Assembly: GCA_965208575.1 (NCBI GenBank)
Contig: CBDBOV010000006.1
Coordinates: forward strand, 64,001 to 128,000
Source: Spirochaetia bacterium
GTDB lineage: Bacteria > Spirochaetota > Spirochaetia > SZUA-6 > Bin103
Direction of reading: 5' to 3'
Length of the DNA: 64,000 nt
The notes below the pieces were generated by a model that saw only the letters and a program-made list of their open reading frames with translations, ran no database searches and was not told the origin of the DNA. Positions 1-9,586 of this stretch are shown here, piece after piece (within the stretch, counting starts at the first letter, position 1; each line of letters opens with the position of its first letter). The position numbers were made by a program, and so were the translations under genes.

Positions 1-287
1 ATCTCCAGGCAGATCTGGCGCAGCAGGTCGAGCAGCGTGCCGGTGGTGGCGATGACCGCCAGGAGACGGTATTCGGCGGGGTGCAGGGTGCTCGTGACAT
101 GGCGCAGGGAAGTGGATTTTCCCGCTCCCACCTCGCCGGTGATGACGGTGATGAGGCCGAGCCCGAGGGCATACTGAAAGCGCTCGGTGAGCGCTTTCAG
201 GCCCGGGATCGGGTACAGACCGTTGATCGGGACGTCCTGGGGGAACGGATCGCGTTGGAAACCGAAGGCATGTCTGAGGTCGATCAT
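1..287 (-). CDS. ExeA-family AAA ATPase (transposition helper), runs off window edge
   Basis: Manual translation MIDLRHAFGFQRDPF...ITGEVGAGKSTSLR with Walker A; ATG overlaps the transposase stop (ATGA 284-287). Confidence 0.85.
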   Translation of the reverse strand, partial: MIDLRHAFGFQRDPFPQDVPINGLYPIPGLKALTERFQYALGLGLITVITGEVGAGKSTSLRHVTSTLHPAEYRLLAVIATTGTLLDLLRQICLE

Positions 288-1600
288 CGGTCGGACTCCT
301 CGAACAGCTGGCCGCCGCGGGGGCCGGGCTGGGGGTCATCAGCGGGCGGCTCCGGCGCCGGCTCGAGCTCGGTCTCATGGCCGCTGATGCGGCGCACGCG
401 GCTGTTGACGTGGGGGTTCAACTCACTGAGGAAGCCGTAAGAGCGATCTTCGAAGAACACCTCGATGCGGGACGGATCAGCCTCATGATAGAGCAGGTTG
501 ACGGTGTTCCCGATGAGCCCCACCGGCGCTTCGTAGAGCTTGCCGTAGAGGGCGACGGCACGATCCTTGTCGACCTTGCGGCGCACCATGGTGCGGAAGT
601 GGTCACGCACATTCTGGGGCGCAGGCCGCAGCAGTTCCAGGTGGCGCAGATAGCGCTGCAGGGGCTGCTCCCCGGTGCTGGAGTGAAGCCGCTGATGGTA
701 GCTGTGGTCGAGCCACTCGGCAAGCTGGGCGTTGAGCTGCTCGAGGGTATCGTGATCGCTGACCAGAGGCAGCATCTGGGTGCGTATGGTGCGGAAATAG
801 CGCTCGATTTTACCCTTTCCCTGGGGCGTGTATGGGGTCGCGAAGAGGAGCGCTATGCCCAGCGATGCACAGGCGTAACTGAGTCGTTGGGAGCGAAAGC
901 TGGGGCCGTTATCGACATACAGTTTGCGTGGCAGACCGCGCGTTTCGAGCGCCCGCAGCAGGCAGTCCTGGAAACAGTCGATGTTTTCACGCAGATAGAA
1001 GCGGGCGCCGGTGATGAGCCGCGAGTGATCATCGATGCAGGCGAACAGAAACGTCTTGCGCAGCTTGCCGTCGCTTTTCACGCGCGGGCCGTGCATGCAA
1101 TCCGCTTGCCACAAGTCGTTCGGCAGTTCCGCTTCGAAGCGCCGCCGGTCCTGCGTCGCGGGCCGCTGCCGGTGCAGACCATGGCGCCGGAACAATCGGT
1201 AGATGCTTTGCCGTGAGGCTGCGAAGTCGGGCGGCAGGAGATTGCGGCGGCGCGCCACCTGCAGCACCACTGACAACGACGCCTGTGCCAGTTCACGCCG
1301 GAGATTGACCAGTGCCAACTCGGTCTCGGGATCGATGCTGCGCCCCACGCCGGCGTCCGCGCGGTCCTTCGGGAACAGGCTCTCCAGTTTCTTGCCGCTG
1401 TGCTCGTAACGCCGCAGCCAGTCGCGGATCGTCGACCGGCTGATCGAACTGCGCAGCGAGAATGGGATCTTCCATTCCTGCTCCGCCAGGTCCTTGATGC
1501 GCGCCTCGCGCTTGCCCTGGTCGAGCTTCGCATACCCGATCAGGCCGGCGATCACACCGAACCGGAACAACGCGATCCGCTTTTTCTTCTCTTCCTCCAT
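284..1600 (-). CDS. DDE-type integrase/transposase (rve core, Mu-like C-terminus)
   Basis: WQADCMHG, IDDHSR, LYVDNG and GKGKIERYFRT motifs; start chosen at MEEEKKKRIALFRF after a GAGG-like RBS. Confidence 0.9.
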   Translation of the reverse strand: MEEEKKKRIALFRFGVIAGLIGYAKLDQGKREARIKDLAEQEWKIPFSLRSSISRSTIRDWLRRYEHSGKKLESLFPKDRADAGVGRSIDPETELALVNLRRELAQASLSVVLQVARRRNLLPPDFAASRQSIYRLFRRHGLHRQRPATQDRRRFEAELPNDLWQADCMHGPRVKSDGKLRKTFLFACIDDHSRLITGARFYLRENIDCFQDCLLRALETRGLPRKLYVDNGPSFRSQRLSYACASLGIALLFATPYTPQGKGKIERYFRTIRTQMLPLVSDHDTLEQLNAQLAEWLDHSYHQRLHSSTGEQPLQRYLRHLELLRPAPQNVRDHFRTMVRRKVDKDRAVALYGKLYEAPVGLIGNTVNLLYHEADPSRIEVFFEDRSYGFLSELNPHVNSRVRRISGHETELEPAPEPPADDPQPGPRGGQLFEESDR

Positions 1601-1881
1601 GATCGAGGAACCTCCTGGGGTGTTGGTGGCATCAATTTGCTCCCCATTGGTTCGCCGATCACCGCAAAGATCCGGTAGGCTTGGGGTCACCCAGGCGCCA
1701 GTTCGCGTTATTTTCTCCGCTCCGATCATGATCAGCCGCGCCACCAGCGCCCTGCCCGCAGCGTCGCCCGGACAGCCACCCAAGCGCCAAAGGCGCTCGC
1801 CAGCACCGCGGCGGCGTCCTCCTGCACTGCTCACCAGCCACTTGCCCGGTCTGAGCCGGCACCCCGCGACCAGCACCGTGC

Positions 1882-2493
1882 TCATCGTGCCCCGTGACTG
1901 GGTGTCGGCTCATTCCCTGGCTCCTTCAGGGCGCTGTCTGCTGTGCTCCCGACGCCATCAAGGTGTCCCGCAAAGCCCACCACCGGCACCGCCAGCACCA
2001 ACTCGGGGGCGGCATCCACTCGCCGTATCTGGCGGTAGCTCACCGAATGCGTACTGACGATGATCAACCGCACCACCAGCGCCTTCAGCGCACTGGCCGC
2101 AACCTGGCCCGGCCGGCTCACCGCGGTCACCCCCTCCAGCAACAACTGCCGGCGCAACCCCTGGCGCCAGTACTGCTGCCGCTGTCGGCTCACCCGCGCG
2201 ATCCAGCGACCACCCTTCAGCTTGCCCAGCAGGGCTACCAGAATCACTCGCCACGGCGCCCAGAACCCGCGGTAGTGGCTGTCCGGTCGCAGCGTGTACA
2301 CGGTCCCGCAGTCCGGACACCGGTAGCGCTTCATCCACAGCGGCTCGCCGCAGCCATCGAAGCACCGTCCGACATAGCCATGGCCCCACGGCCGCCTCCG
2401 ACCGCACTCCAGGCAGCGCTCCGGCCGCGGCCACCGATACTCCTTGCCCTGTTCCTGAAGTCTCTTGAAATCAACCGCCAGATGGAGTACCAA
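1882..2493 (-). CDS. Zn-ribbon protein (DUF6431-like) of the ExeA/DDE element
   Basis: CLEC...WGHG...RYRCPDC; typical position upstream of DDE plus ExeA genes. Confidence 0.7.
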   Translation of the reverse strand: MVLHLAVDFKRLQEQGKEYRWPRPERCLECGRRRPWGHGYVGRCFDGCGEPLWMKRYRCPDCGTVYTLRPDSHYRGFWAPWRVILVALLGKLKGGRWIARVSRQRQQYWRQGLRRQLLLEGVTAVSRPGQVAASALKALVVRLIIVSTHSVSYRQIRRVDAAPELVLAVPVVGFAGHLDGVGSTADSALKEPGNEPTPSHGAR

Positions 2494-2649
2494 TCGGCTG
2501 TCCTTAGTTCAGGGTAGCTGTCCGGTTCTCATCACCTGGGGCAGCTACCCTGTTTTTCTGGTCAGTTTACCTCGACTCTCCCGTCCTCCACTCCAGTCGA
2601 TCGTGAGACGTCCGCCCCCATTCCGCTCAGATCAATCTGAGAGCCGACA

Positions 2650-3125
2650 CACGGCTCCGCGCTGGGCGTAGAAGTCCTGCCACCGGTAGCTGGACCGCGC
2701 CACCGGCGTGAACACGCGCCGATCCTCGGCCAGCGGGATGCGTACCGCGTCGCTCACCGGGCACCGATCCATGCCTTTGCAGGTGATCCCCAAGTAGCGC
2801 GCCCGGACAGCGATACCCCGGCATCTCGCGATCCTGCTCGAAGCCGCCGTAGGCCATGCTGTGCAGCTCACCGGTCTGCGGGCACATACAGATACTTGGC
2901 CGTCGTGGGTATAGATCACGTTCTCCTGACCGTTCACCAGCTTGGTGAGGACGCCATCCCGTTCCGCCTCTCCGTCCTTCCAGCAGTTGCGAATCGCGAT
3001 GATCGGCTTGATCTGATGCTGTTGCCACAACCGATTGATCAGCTTGTGGGCGTCGTAGCCCTTGTCGGCGCTCATGCGATCGCACCGCTGCAGCAGTTCG
3101 GGATGACGCTACTGCATCTGAGCAA
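2650..3125 (-). pseudogene. IS4/IS5-like DDE transposase, middle fragment
   Basis: QMQ*RHPELLQRCDRMSADKGYD...YRWQDFYAQRGAV, with a stop and frameshifts. Confidence 0.8.
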
Positions 3126-3188
3126 GGGGACTCCTCACCATTTGTCAAGGGCGAATTTCGGTCGCTGGAGCATGAGGGCAGGTGCCTG

Positions 3189-3769
3189 GTGCGGAAGGAC
3201 TGGGAAGTGCACGCATCAGGCTCCCGGCGGAAGTTGAAGGCGGCAATTCTGAATAGTTCAGCAGAGAAAGCCCGGAAGGTGTGCTGTTCAGGCAGGATGA
3301 TCCTGGAATGCCAAGGACCGGACCTATAACCGTCGGATGGCGGGAAGTGGAGCGGAGAGCAGCACACTGGCGGATGAGGCCGCCAAGCGAGGATGGCCGC
3401 GACAACATAACGCGGCTGGAGCGAGGGCCTCAGGGCTCAGGAGGAGCCAGTGGTAGTGCGTCGCCCGGACACTGAGCCGGGGAAACGGCGACACGGTGAC
3501 CGCTGACTCGAAGCGACGGTCAAACCGGGGGCAGCACCCGCGTAGCCGGGGATCAGGCTGAGCGTGGATGCTGTCGCATCGGGAAGGGCCGCCGCGAGCT
3601 TGCGGGCGCCTGAGCTTCGAGCCGGACCGTGGGAAAACCCGATGTCCGGAATCCTAGGGGCGCGCTGGAAACGTGGCCTATGGTGGAACTGTGAACCCAC
3701 CTCGCTTATCGAAAGGGCGGGGCTGGAAACCCTCCGCCTACGGGTGCGCGCGCCAGCGCTCTACCCGAC
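3189..3769 (+). ncRNA. ORF-less group II intron-like ribozyme (domain I short or truncated)
   Basis: GTGCG 5' motif; D4 closing stem GGCTCAGG/CCTGAGCT; D5-like GAGCCGGAC..GGGAAAACCC..GTCCGG (3619-3653); 3' end CTACCCGAC. Confidence 0.75.
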
Positions 3770-3822
3770 GGGGTGTCGTGACGCTGTGGATAAGTGGATA
3801 AGTCGGCGGCGTCGCGGGGAGG

Positions 3823-4026
3823 TCAGTAGCCAGATGGACGGCGCCGACGCTTGGGTGCGGGGCCGAGAACCGCGGGCAGAGCGGCCTCGATATCGGCGAC
3901 CTTGGTGATTTCTTCCTCGATCAGGCGAATCACCTCCGCGCGGATCGTCACTCCGCGGGTGGCACACAGCAGCTTGAAGCGGCGATGAAGCGAGTCGGGG
4001 AGATCGCGTACGTAGAGAGTTGCCAT
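3823..4026 (-). CDS. Ribbon-helix-helix (Arc/FitA-like) DNA-binding protein
   Basis: MATLYVRDLPDSLHRRFKLLCATRGVTIRAEVIRLIEE matches the RHH pattern. Confidence 0.75.
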   Translation of the reverse strand: MATLYVRDLPDSLHRRFKLLCATRGVTIRAEVIRLIEEEITKVADIEAALPAVLGPAPKRRRRPSGY

Positions 4027-4495
4027 AGTAGCTTTGCTAACATTAATAACATAGATTGCGCAACGAACCGCCCGCGCGCTGTCCCACGGCCAGTTTCGCG
4101 TAACTCGCCAGCAGACCAAACCGATGCGATCCTGCGAGACCTCTCAGTCAGGCCGCCATGCGGTGACCGGTGGCAGGCTTCCGCTTTCGAAGCCCGACGC
4201 TCCGGGTGTCTCCCGTCGCCGGTCGTCTTCGTGGCTGCTCAGGCTGCAGCGCAGCCGCGTGCTCGTCGTCCCACGGCGCCGGCGCCCGGCGTTCACCGTC
4301 CACCGGAGTCGTCATCGACCGCAAAATTGGCCGTCTGCGCGCCGGTCGCCGTCCAAGCCGGCCTCTGACGCCCTCAGGACCGTCCGGGTACCCCAGGCAA
4401 CCCTCCGGAACCACCGCCGACGCCGTCTCCCGACCGCCGGCCGGCTCACGCTGGCCTCCACGCCACCCCTGTTACGTCCGCCCCACGCGCCTCGA

Positions 4496-5740
4496 TCAGG
4501 CGGCCGGCGTGCGTCCAACCCGGTGCTCGGGATCGTACGGCGTTCGATCTCGCAGCATCGCGCACGCCACCCTCAGCAGCCGCTCCGAGACCGTTCGCAG
4601 GGCGTGGCCATGGCGTTTGCCCCGCCCGCGCAGCTCGCCATACCGCTCCCGACTCGCCGCATCGTGCTGGATCGCCACCCGCGCCCAATGATACATCGCG
4701 TCGCGCAACCGCTTGTTGCACGCACGTCGCATTATCACCACGCGGGTCTTCCCCGACCGCCGGGTCACCGGCGCCACTCCGGTCAGGATGCGCAACGTGT
4801 GATAGTCTCGGGCTGCCAGGGCCTGTGTGGCCTCTGCGAGCAGCGTGGCGAGCACGATCCGACCGATTCCGGGCATGGACAGGAGGATGGAGGCGTCACG
4901 CTGCTCTTCTGTTTCTGCCGAGTCGTCGTTGCCCACCATCTCGGCGATCAGTTCGTCCAGTCGAGCGTGCGCCTGGTCGATCAACTGGTTCACCGGCCTC
5001 AGCCGGGTGATGAGACTCTCGATGTGCGCCTTCGCCGCGACCGTCGTCCCGCGGCTCACCTGCAGCGGCTGCTGCCGCAGGATGTGCAGCACCCCGGCGG
5101 CATCGAGGCGCCGGATGCGGTTTCTCTTCAGGATCGCCGCGATCGACGCCTTGCGGATGCGCGCCGCCTCCGCCGGCGTCGGCGCCTTCTCCCACAGCTC
5201 CAGGAACCAGGCGGCTCCGAGATCTCCGCCCAACTCCAGCATCTGCGGGTAGTAGCGCCGCAGTTGCTCGCGCCGGCGATTGATCAGCCGGTTGCGGTCC
5301 TGCTTCAACTCCTCCCTCATGCGCGACCATTCCCGCAACTCGATCACCTCCGGCTCCTCCACCTGCAGATGGCGAAAACTGCGCCGGTCGGTGCGTAGCG
5401 AGTCCGCCAACACCCGCGCGTCGCGCCGGTCGTCCTTGGCCCCGGCCGCCGTAAACCGGTCCCGAAATCGATCCAGCTGCTTGGGATTGATCGCGTACAC
5501 CTGCACCTCGCGCTCCAGCAGCATCTCCACCACCGCTCCATGCGGCATTTCGATCGCCGCGTGCACGCTCGCCAGGTGCCCGCCGGACAACTCGTCCAAC
5601 CACCTGCACAGGTCGGCGATGCCGGCGCCGCTGTGCGCCACCTCGCGCTCCCCGACTACCTTGCCGTCTCCTGCCAGCACACACACCTGGTGCTGTTCGG
5701 TCGCCCAATCCACTCCCACGAACCACTGTTCGGTTGACAT
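4496..5740 (-). CDS. IS110-family recombinase/transposase
   Basis: FVGVDWA, AIE, KDDRRDA (DEDD RuvC-like) and C-terminal MPGIG...GVAPVTRRSG. Confidence 0.95.
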   Translation of the reverse strand: MSTEQWFVGVDWATEQHQVCVLAGDGKVVGEREVAHSGAGIADLCRWLDELSGGHLASVHAAIEMPHGAVVEMLLEREVQVYAINPKQLDRFRDRFTAAGAKDDRRDARVLADSLRTDRRSFRHLQVEEPEVIELREWSRMREELKQDRNRLINRRREQLRRYYPQMLELGGDLGAAWFLELWEKAPTPAEAARIRKASIAAILKRNRIRRLDAAGVLHILRQQPLQVSRGTTVAAKAHIESLITRLRPVNQLIDQAHARLDELIAEMVGNDDSAETEEQRDASILLSMPGIGRIVLATLLAEATQALAARDYHTLRILTGVAPVTRRSGKTRVVIMRRACNKRLRDAMYHWARVAIQHDAASRERYGELRGRGKRHGHALRTVSERLLRVACAMLRDRTPYDPEHRVGRTPAA

Positions 5741-6010
5741 CCCGTCACCCCCGAGTTTGTGTAGCTCGGCTGCCACGATGTCGTTTCCGCCGCTGTACTG
5801 GTGCTCCCGGGCTCCGCCGCTCCTGGCGCCTTCGCTCCTTGGCACGACTCCTCACTGGGTATCCATCGCGGCTCTCCTGCCGGGGCACACGTCCCCCCCC
5901 CAGGTGCTCTCTGGCGCTCGGGGGGCCAAGGTGCTCCGGGCAGGTTGCCTTGCCCGTCAGGGATTCTAGCAGTCCCTCACGAACTATCGAACTATCTACT
6001 TTCTAAAGGG
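5741..6010 (-). ncRNA. Putative IS110 bridge RNA region (upstream non-coding end)
   Basis: About 270 bp non-coding left end upstream of the recombinase, where IS110-group elements encode bridge RNA; structure not computed. Confidence 0.5.
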
Positions 6011-6020
6011 TACAGGGGGG

Positions 6021-6200
6021 CCACTGTGCCCGTTGTTACTCACCGGTCGACGCCCTGGTGACCTCGAATGACAGCCGCAACTCGTAGGTGGCGTCCACGA
6101 CCAGATGCGACAGGTAGCCGAACCAGTAGCGCTTCTTCTCGCCGAAGCCATTGACGCCCCAATCGGAATCCCGGTCGCCGCGCCCGTCGGTATCTTCGGT
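6021..6200 (-). pseudogene. IS4/IS5-like DDE transposase, upstream fragment (same gene as 2650-3125)
   Basis: DGRGDRDSDWGV...WFGYLSHLVVDATYELRLSFEVTRAS. Confidence 0.75.
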
Positions 6201-6329
6201 GGTTCTATCCTTGGGCAGCGGATAGTTGCTCCCACCCTTGGCCAGGGAGTGCAGCTCAGCGGGAAGTCACGCCGCAGCGCGGCGCTGCCGTTGCCGCAGG
6301 AGACCGGGGAGACAACCTCAAGGACGACT

Positions 6330-6883
6330 ATACATCCTGCGAGCGCGACCGCGCACCGCCTGCTCGATGGTGTTTCCGCGATTCCGTGCTCCGCACGGCT
6401 GCCTGTCCGCCTCCGCGGTCAGCGCAATTGTCGTGCGCCGAGCCATGAAGCGGGCTGGGATCGACGGCCAGGGCCTCCCGGCCGCCTACGTGTTCCGTCA
6501 CTCGAGAGCCACTCATCTGCTGCACGGCGGACCTGCACCGGAGGCCGTTGGCGCCCTCCTGCGTCACCAGCGGGTGGAGACGACCGCACCCTCCGCGTGG
6601 ATGCTCCCATGCTGCTCGCTGTGCCACAGCATTGGCCGGGGAACCCCGACGACGCTGGCCGACCATGTTCTGACCCATGCCGCGGTCAAGCGCGTCACCG
6701 GCCTGGGCTTCCCGGAACAAGGAGCGGCTTCTGGCCAGCTTCGCCCGGGACGCCGAAGCACAAGGCGAGCGATGCGTGCGCGATGAGACCTGTCTCGACT
6801 GGCGGCGCAGTCCGCGTCACCGCATGAAAAACAACAGCGGCTACACCTTGTGCCGGCTGGCCGCCTACTTGCAAGCTGACTAA
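6330..6883 (+). pseudogene. Tyrosine recombinase remnants (RIT-like: end of one integrase, start of the next)
   Basis: FRHSRATHLL...LLRHQRVETTA followed by ...GLGFPEQ/ERLLASFA with frameshifts. Confidence 0.65.
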
Positions 6884-7219
6884 CGTCACGACCCCGCGGC
6901 ACGGAAGATGTTGCCGGTCGCCGAACGCAAGTTCCCGGCACCCCACCCACCCGAGCTATTGCCGGCTACGGACGCCCGGGCGGAGAGCCGATACCGCGTA
7001 CCTACCAAAGTGCGCCAACAGTAGGAGGCCGCCGCATGGTTCGTAAGAGCATCCGTTGACCGAACTCAACCCTCCGCTCAGATCCCACAGTCCGAGCATC
7101 GACAACCGTCTTCCCGGAATATCACGCATCGTACGCTCGTGCCAACTCGACGCAACGCTTCTCGCGCTTCGCAACATGCGTGCCTTGCACGATCGCGTTT
7201 ATCCCAGTATCGTCACAAT

Positions 7220-8578
7220 ATGGCCAGTTACGCACACTGCTGGCTCGACGGATTGCTGATCGGGTCAACCAGGAACTTCGTCCATCCAGACCTTATATCC
7301 CTTTTCAACCCGACTGACAAGATTGTCCTTTCACCACCGATTGAGATCTCCCCACCTCACGTACTTCATCATAAAGAGTGGTTAGTGGAAGATCCCGAAT
7401 CTAGGTTAATCTACTACGAGACCAACATAGGCATAGTACGAGACCGGCTCGAGATTCTCGGTTACGACCTAGAAACCAGCAAGAGCGCGTTTTGCGACTG
7501 GCGTAGAGCCGAGCTTGAAGGATACACCGACCGCATTCGAGAATTGCGATCTGACGAAGCAGATTATGTACCTATAATGATCGAATTCTGCAATCGTCAC
7601 ATCGATTTCTTAGAACGACTCACTCCGGATATATGGGTCAACGCGCTCAGATCGATACGTTCTAATGAGTCTAGATCTCAGCTTATCCGGACAAGTGAGT
7701 GTTTCGAGAAAAGTGATGTGATCGGACAGATGCAGTCACGAGAATGGCACGGTGCACCAGGTGAAGACGTTCTCGTGGCACTCAGGATGGCGATCGAATG
7801 TGCGGACCACACCAAGGCGATGATCTATGACCTTAGCGATCTTGTATGGGGAGACGGCGTCGACGACTACTCCATTAACTATGTAGAGTACGGACAAAAT
7901 GTCTCCGCAGAAGAATATAGAAACAGAGCAAAAACAGTAGTTCTTACCGAAGGCCGGACGGATGCATGGATACTAGAGGAGTCTCTCCGCGTCCTATTTC
8001 CTCATCTCATCGACTACTATTCTATTCTCGACTTTAGTACTGCCGCTTATGGCGGCGGTGTCGGCAACCTTGCGAATGTAGTGAAAGCACTATCGGGTGC
8101 CGATCTAGCGAACAATTTCGTTGCTGTATTCGACAATGACACTGCATCAAGTGCAGCATGCAAGAAGATGACAGACGAAGCCTTACCTTCGAATATTGAG
8201 ATAGTAAGGCTTCCCGAAATGGAGTTTCTGAAGTACTATCCGACGCTAGGTCCAAACGGGCAGGTTGAGTGTGACATAAACGGACTCGCAGCAAGCATTG
8301 AACTTTACTTGGGGAAAGATGTATTGGGATTAGAAGGAGGTCAGTTCATGCCAATCCAATGGATGGGATACGAGAAGGGGCTTAGACAGTACCAAGGCGA
8401 GATCTTGGACAAGGATACGCTACACAAGCGATTTCGGAGAAAACTCGCTGAAAGTGGTGCAGCGAGTGAGGCTGATTGGGAACCCTTGCGCCGAGTGTGG
8501 CGCACTATATTCAGTGCTTTTCGGAGAAAGAGGCGACGTACGATCTGTAGTCTTGCTAAGGAGCACTATGGCGGATAG
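7220..8578 (+). CDS. HEPN/Toprim-associated N-terminal domain plus Toprim-like domain protein
   Basis: MASYA...LISLF N-terminus; VLTEGRTD and FDND Toprim motifs; ASIELYLG; lower GC than flanks. Confidence 0.75.
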   Translation: MASYAHCWLDGLLIGSTRNFVHPDLISLFNPTDKIVLSPPIEISPPHVLHHKEWLVEDPESRLIYYETNIGIVRDRLEILGYDLETSKSAFCDWRRAELEGYTDRIRELRSDEADYVPIMIEFCNRHIDFLERLTPDIWVNALRSIRSNESRSQLIRTSECFEKSDVIGQMQSREWHGAPGEDVLVALRMAIECADHTKAMIYDLSDLVWGDGVDDYSINYVEYGQNVSAEEYRNRAKTVVLTEGRTDAWILEESLRVLFPHLIDYYSILDFSTAAYGGGVGNLANVVKALSGADLANNFVAVFDNDTASSAACKKMTDEALPSNIEIVRLPEMEFLKYYPTLGPNGQVECDINGLAASIELYLGKDVLGLEGGQFMPIQWMGYEKGLRQYQGEILDKDTLHKRFRRKLAESGAASEADWEPLRRVWRTIFSAFRRKRRRTICSLAKEHYGG

Positions 8579-9276
8579 TAAAATACGCGCGCTCGCCGTC
8601 ACGCCGTCGGAATCTCACAGCTGCGTCTTATGTGGAGCGTGGGGCGCACCCTACTTGGCTCCCTCTTGATACCACGTGTGGATGGGCGCGACGGCGTTGG
8701 CTACGAAGGAAAACTGGTAACATCCTTGCGCCAGAGTAGCAAGCCCATGCTCGCCACTCAACTTTGGCGGGACGTGACAGTTTTCCGACTGGGAATGGAT
8801 AGTGGACAAGCGTGGTTTAGCACCTTGGACGTGCTCGGTGCGATCGGTGCGGTTGGCGGATTCCTTCTGGCGGTATGCCAAGCGCTCCTTCAATGTGAGA
8901 ATCTCCGGGTTTGAGTCCGAGCATCCATCGGCTAGATTATACCGAATTGACGTTCGTACCGTTAGCGGCGCGGATGGCTTGGCTGGTGGCTGCCGACACC
9001 GCCATTGTCTATGTTTCGTGCACCTTACAAGCGTCTATAGGGCATCCAGTTCGTCGCTCTCCGGAGTGTTAGGAGCGGTGCCCTGGTGCCAAGTGTCCGT
9101 CGGAACCTCGACGAGTACCAAAGGCCGAATCGGAGGACACGTCGCCGGTTGGCTTGATCACTTCCGATCACGCCCGCAACTTCCCACTATTCTACAATTG
9201 TCGAGTCATGCGCTCGTCGCTTGTCAAAGCGACACCGCATTTGACGTCCCGCTGGGAGAAGACACACATTGTGCAC

Positions 9277-9513
9277 ATGAAGCGGATCGGGATTCGGAAA
9301 CTGCACTTGAAGACCGGCGAGTGGGTACGCAGCGCGGCTCTCGGCGAGGGCGTGGCAACTACCGACCGCGGGCGGCCGGTGGCGTCTCTGCTGCCGGTTC
9401 GGCCGGGCGACCTGAGCGCGCCGTTCCGCCAGCGCCTGACGTTACGCGTGTTCGATGCCCTGCCGTCCGTATCGGGTTACTCCGGCCTGTACGTGTCGGA
9501 GGACCGTGAGTGA
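9277..9513 (+). CDS. Phd/YefM-family antitoxin (orphan)
   Basis: MKRIGIRKLH...TDRGRPVASLLP; no intact toxin downstream. Confidence 0.75.
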   Translation: MKRIGIRKLHLKTGEWVRSAALGEGVATTDRGRPVASLLPVRPGDLSAPFRQRLTLRVFDALPSVSGYSGLYVSEDRE

Positions 9514-9586
9514 GCAGCGGCTACGGGATGCGGCGCCAGCGTTGGACATGCAGAGGTATAACGTGATTCGGACGGAGTAGCGGAAG

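Larger units (their letters stand above)
1..2649 (-). mobile_element. Three-gene transposon (Zn-ribbon, DDE, ExeA); left end at 2649, right part outside window
   Basis: Minus strand begins TGTCGGCTCTCAG exactly where the host transposase frame (YAQRGAV) breaks. Confidence 0.65.
3126..6020 (-). mobile_element. IS110-family element with long 3' cargo region
   Basis: Host transposase pseudogene resumes on both sides; G-runs at both junctions; outward-facing TTGACA about 13 bp inside the right end. Confidence 0.6.

Noticed and set aside
4461-6020. Shorter IS110 bounded by a CCCCTGT/ACAGGGG inverted repeat
   Set aside because: Only 7 bp; host-gene continuity and the TTGACA end motif favour a boundary near 3126. 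Not fully excluded.
8580-9270. Integron attC sites (GTTAGCG, GTTAGGA) or small ORFs in this lower-GC gap
   Set aside because: No matching inverse core with a palindromic body was seen, there is no intI gene, and the ORFs have no recognisable motif.
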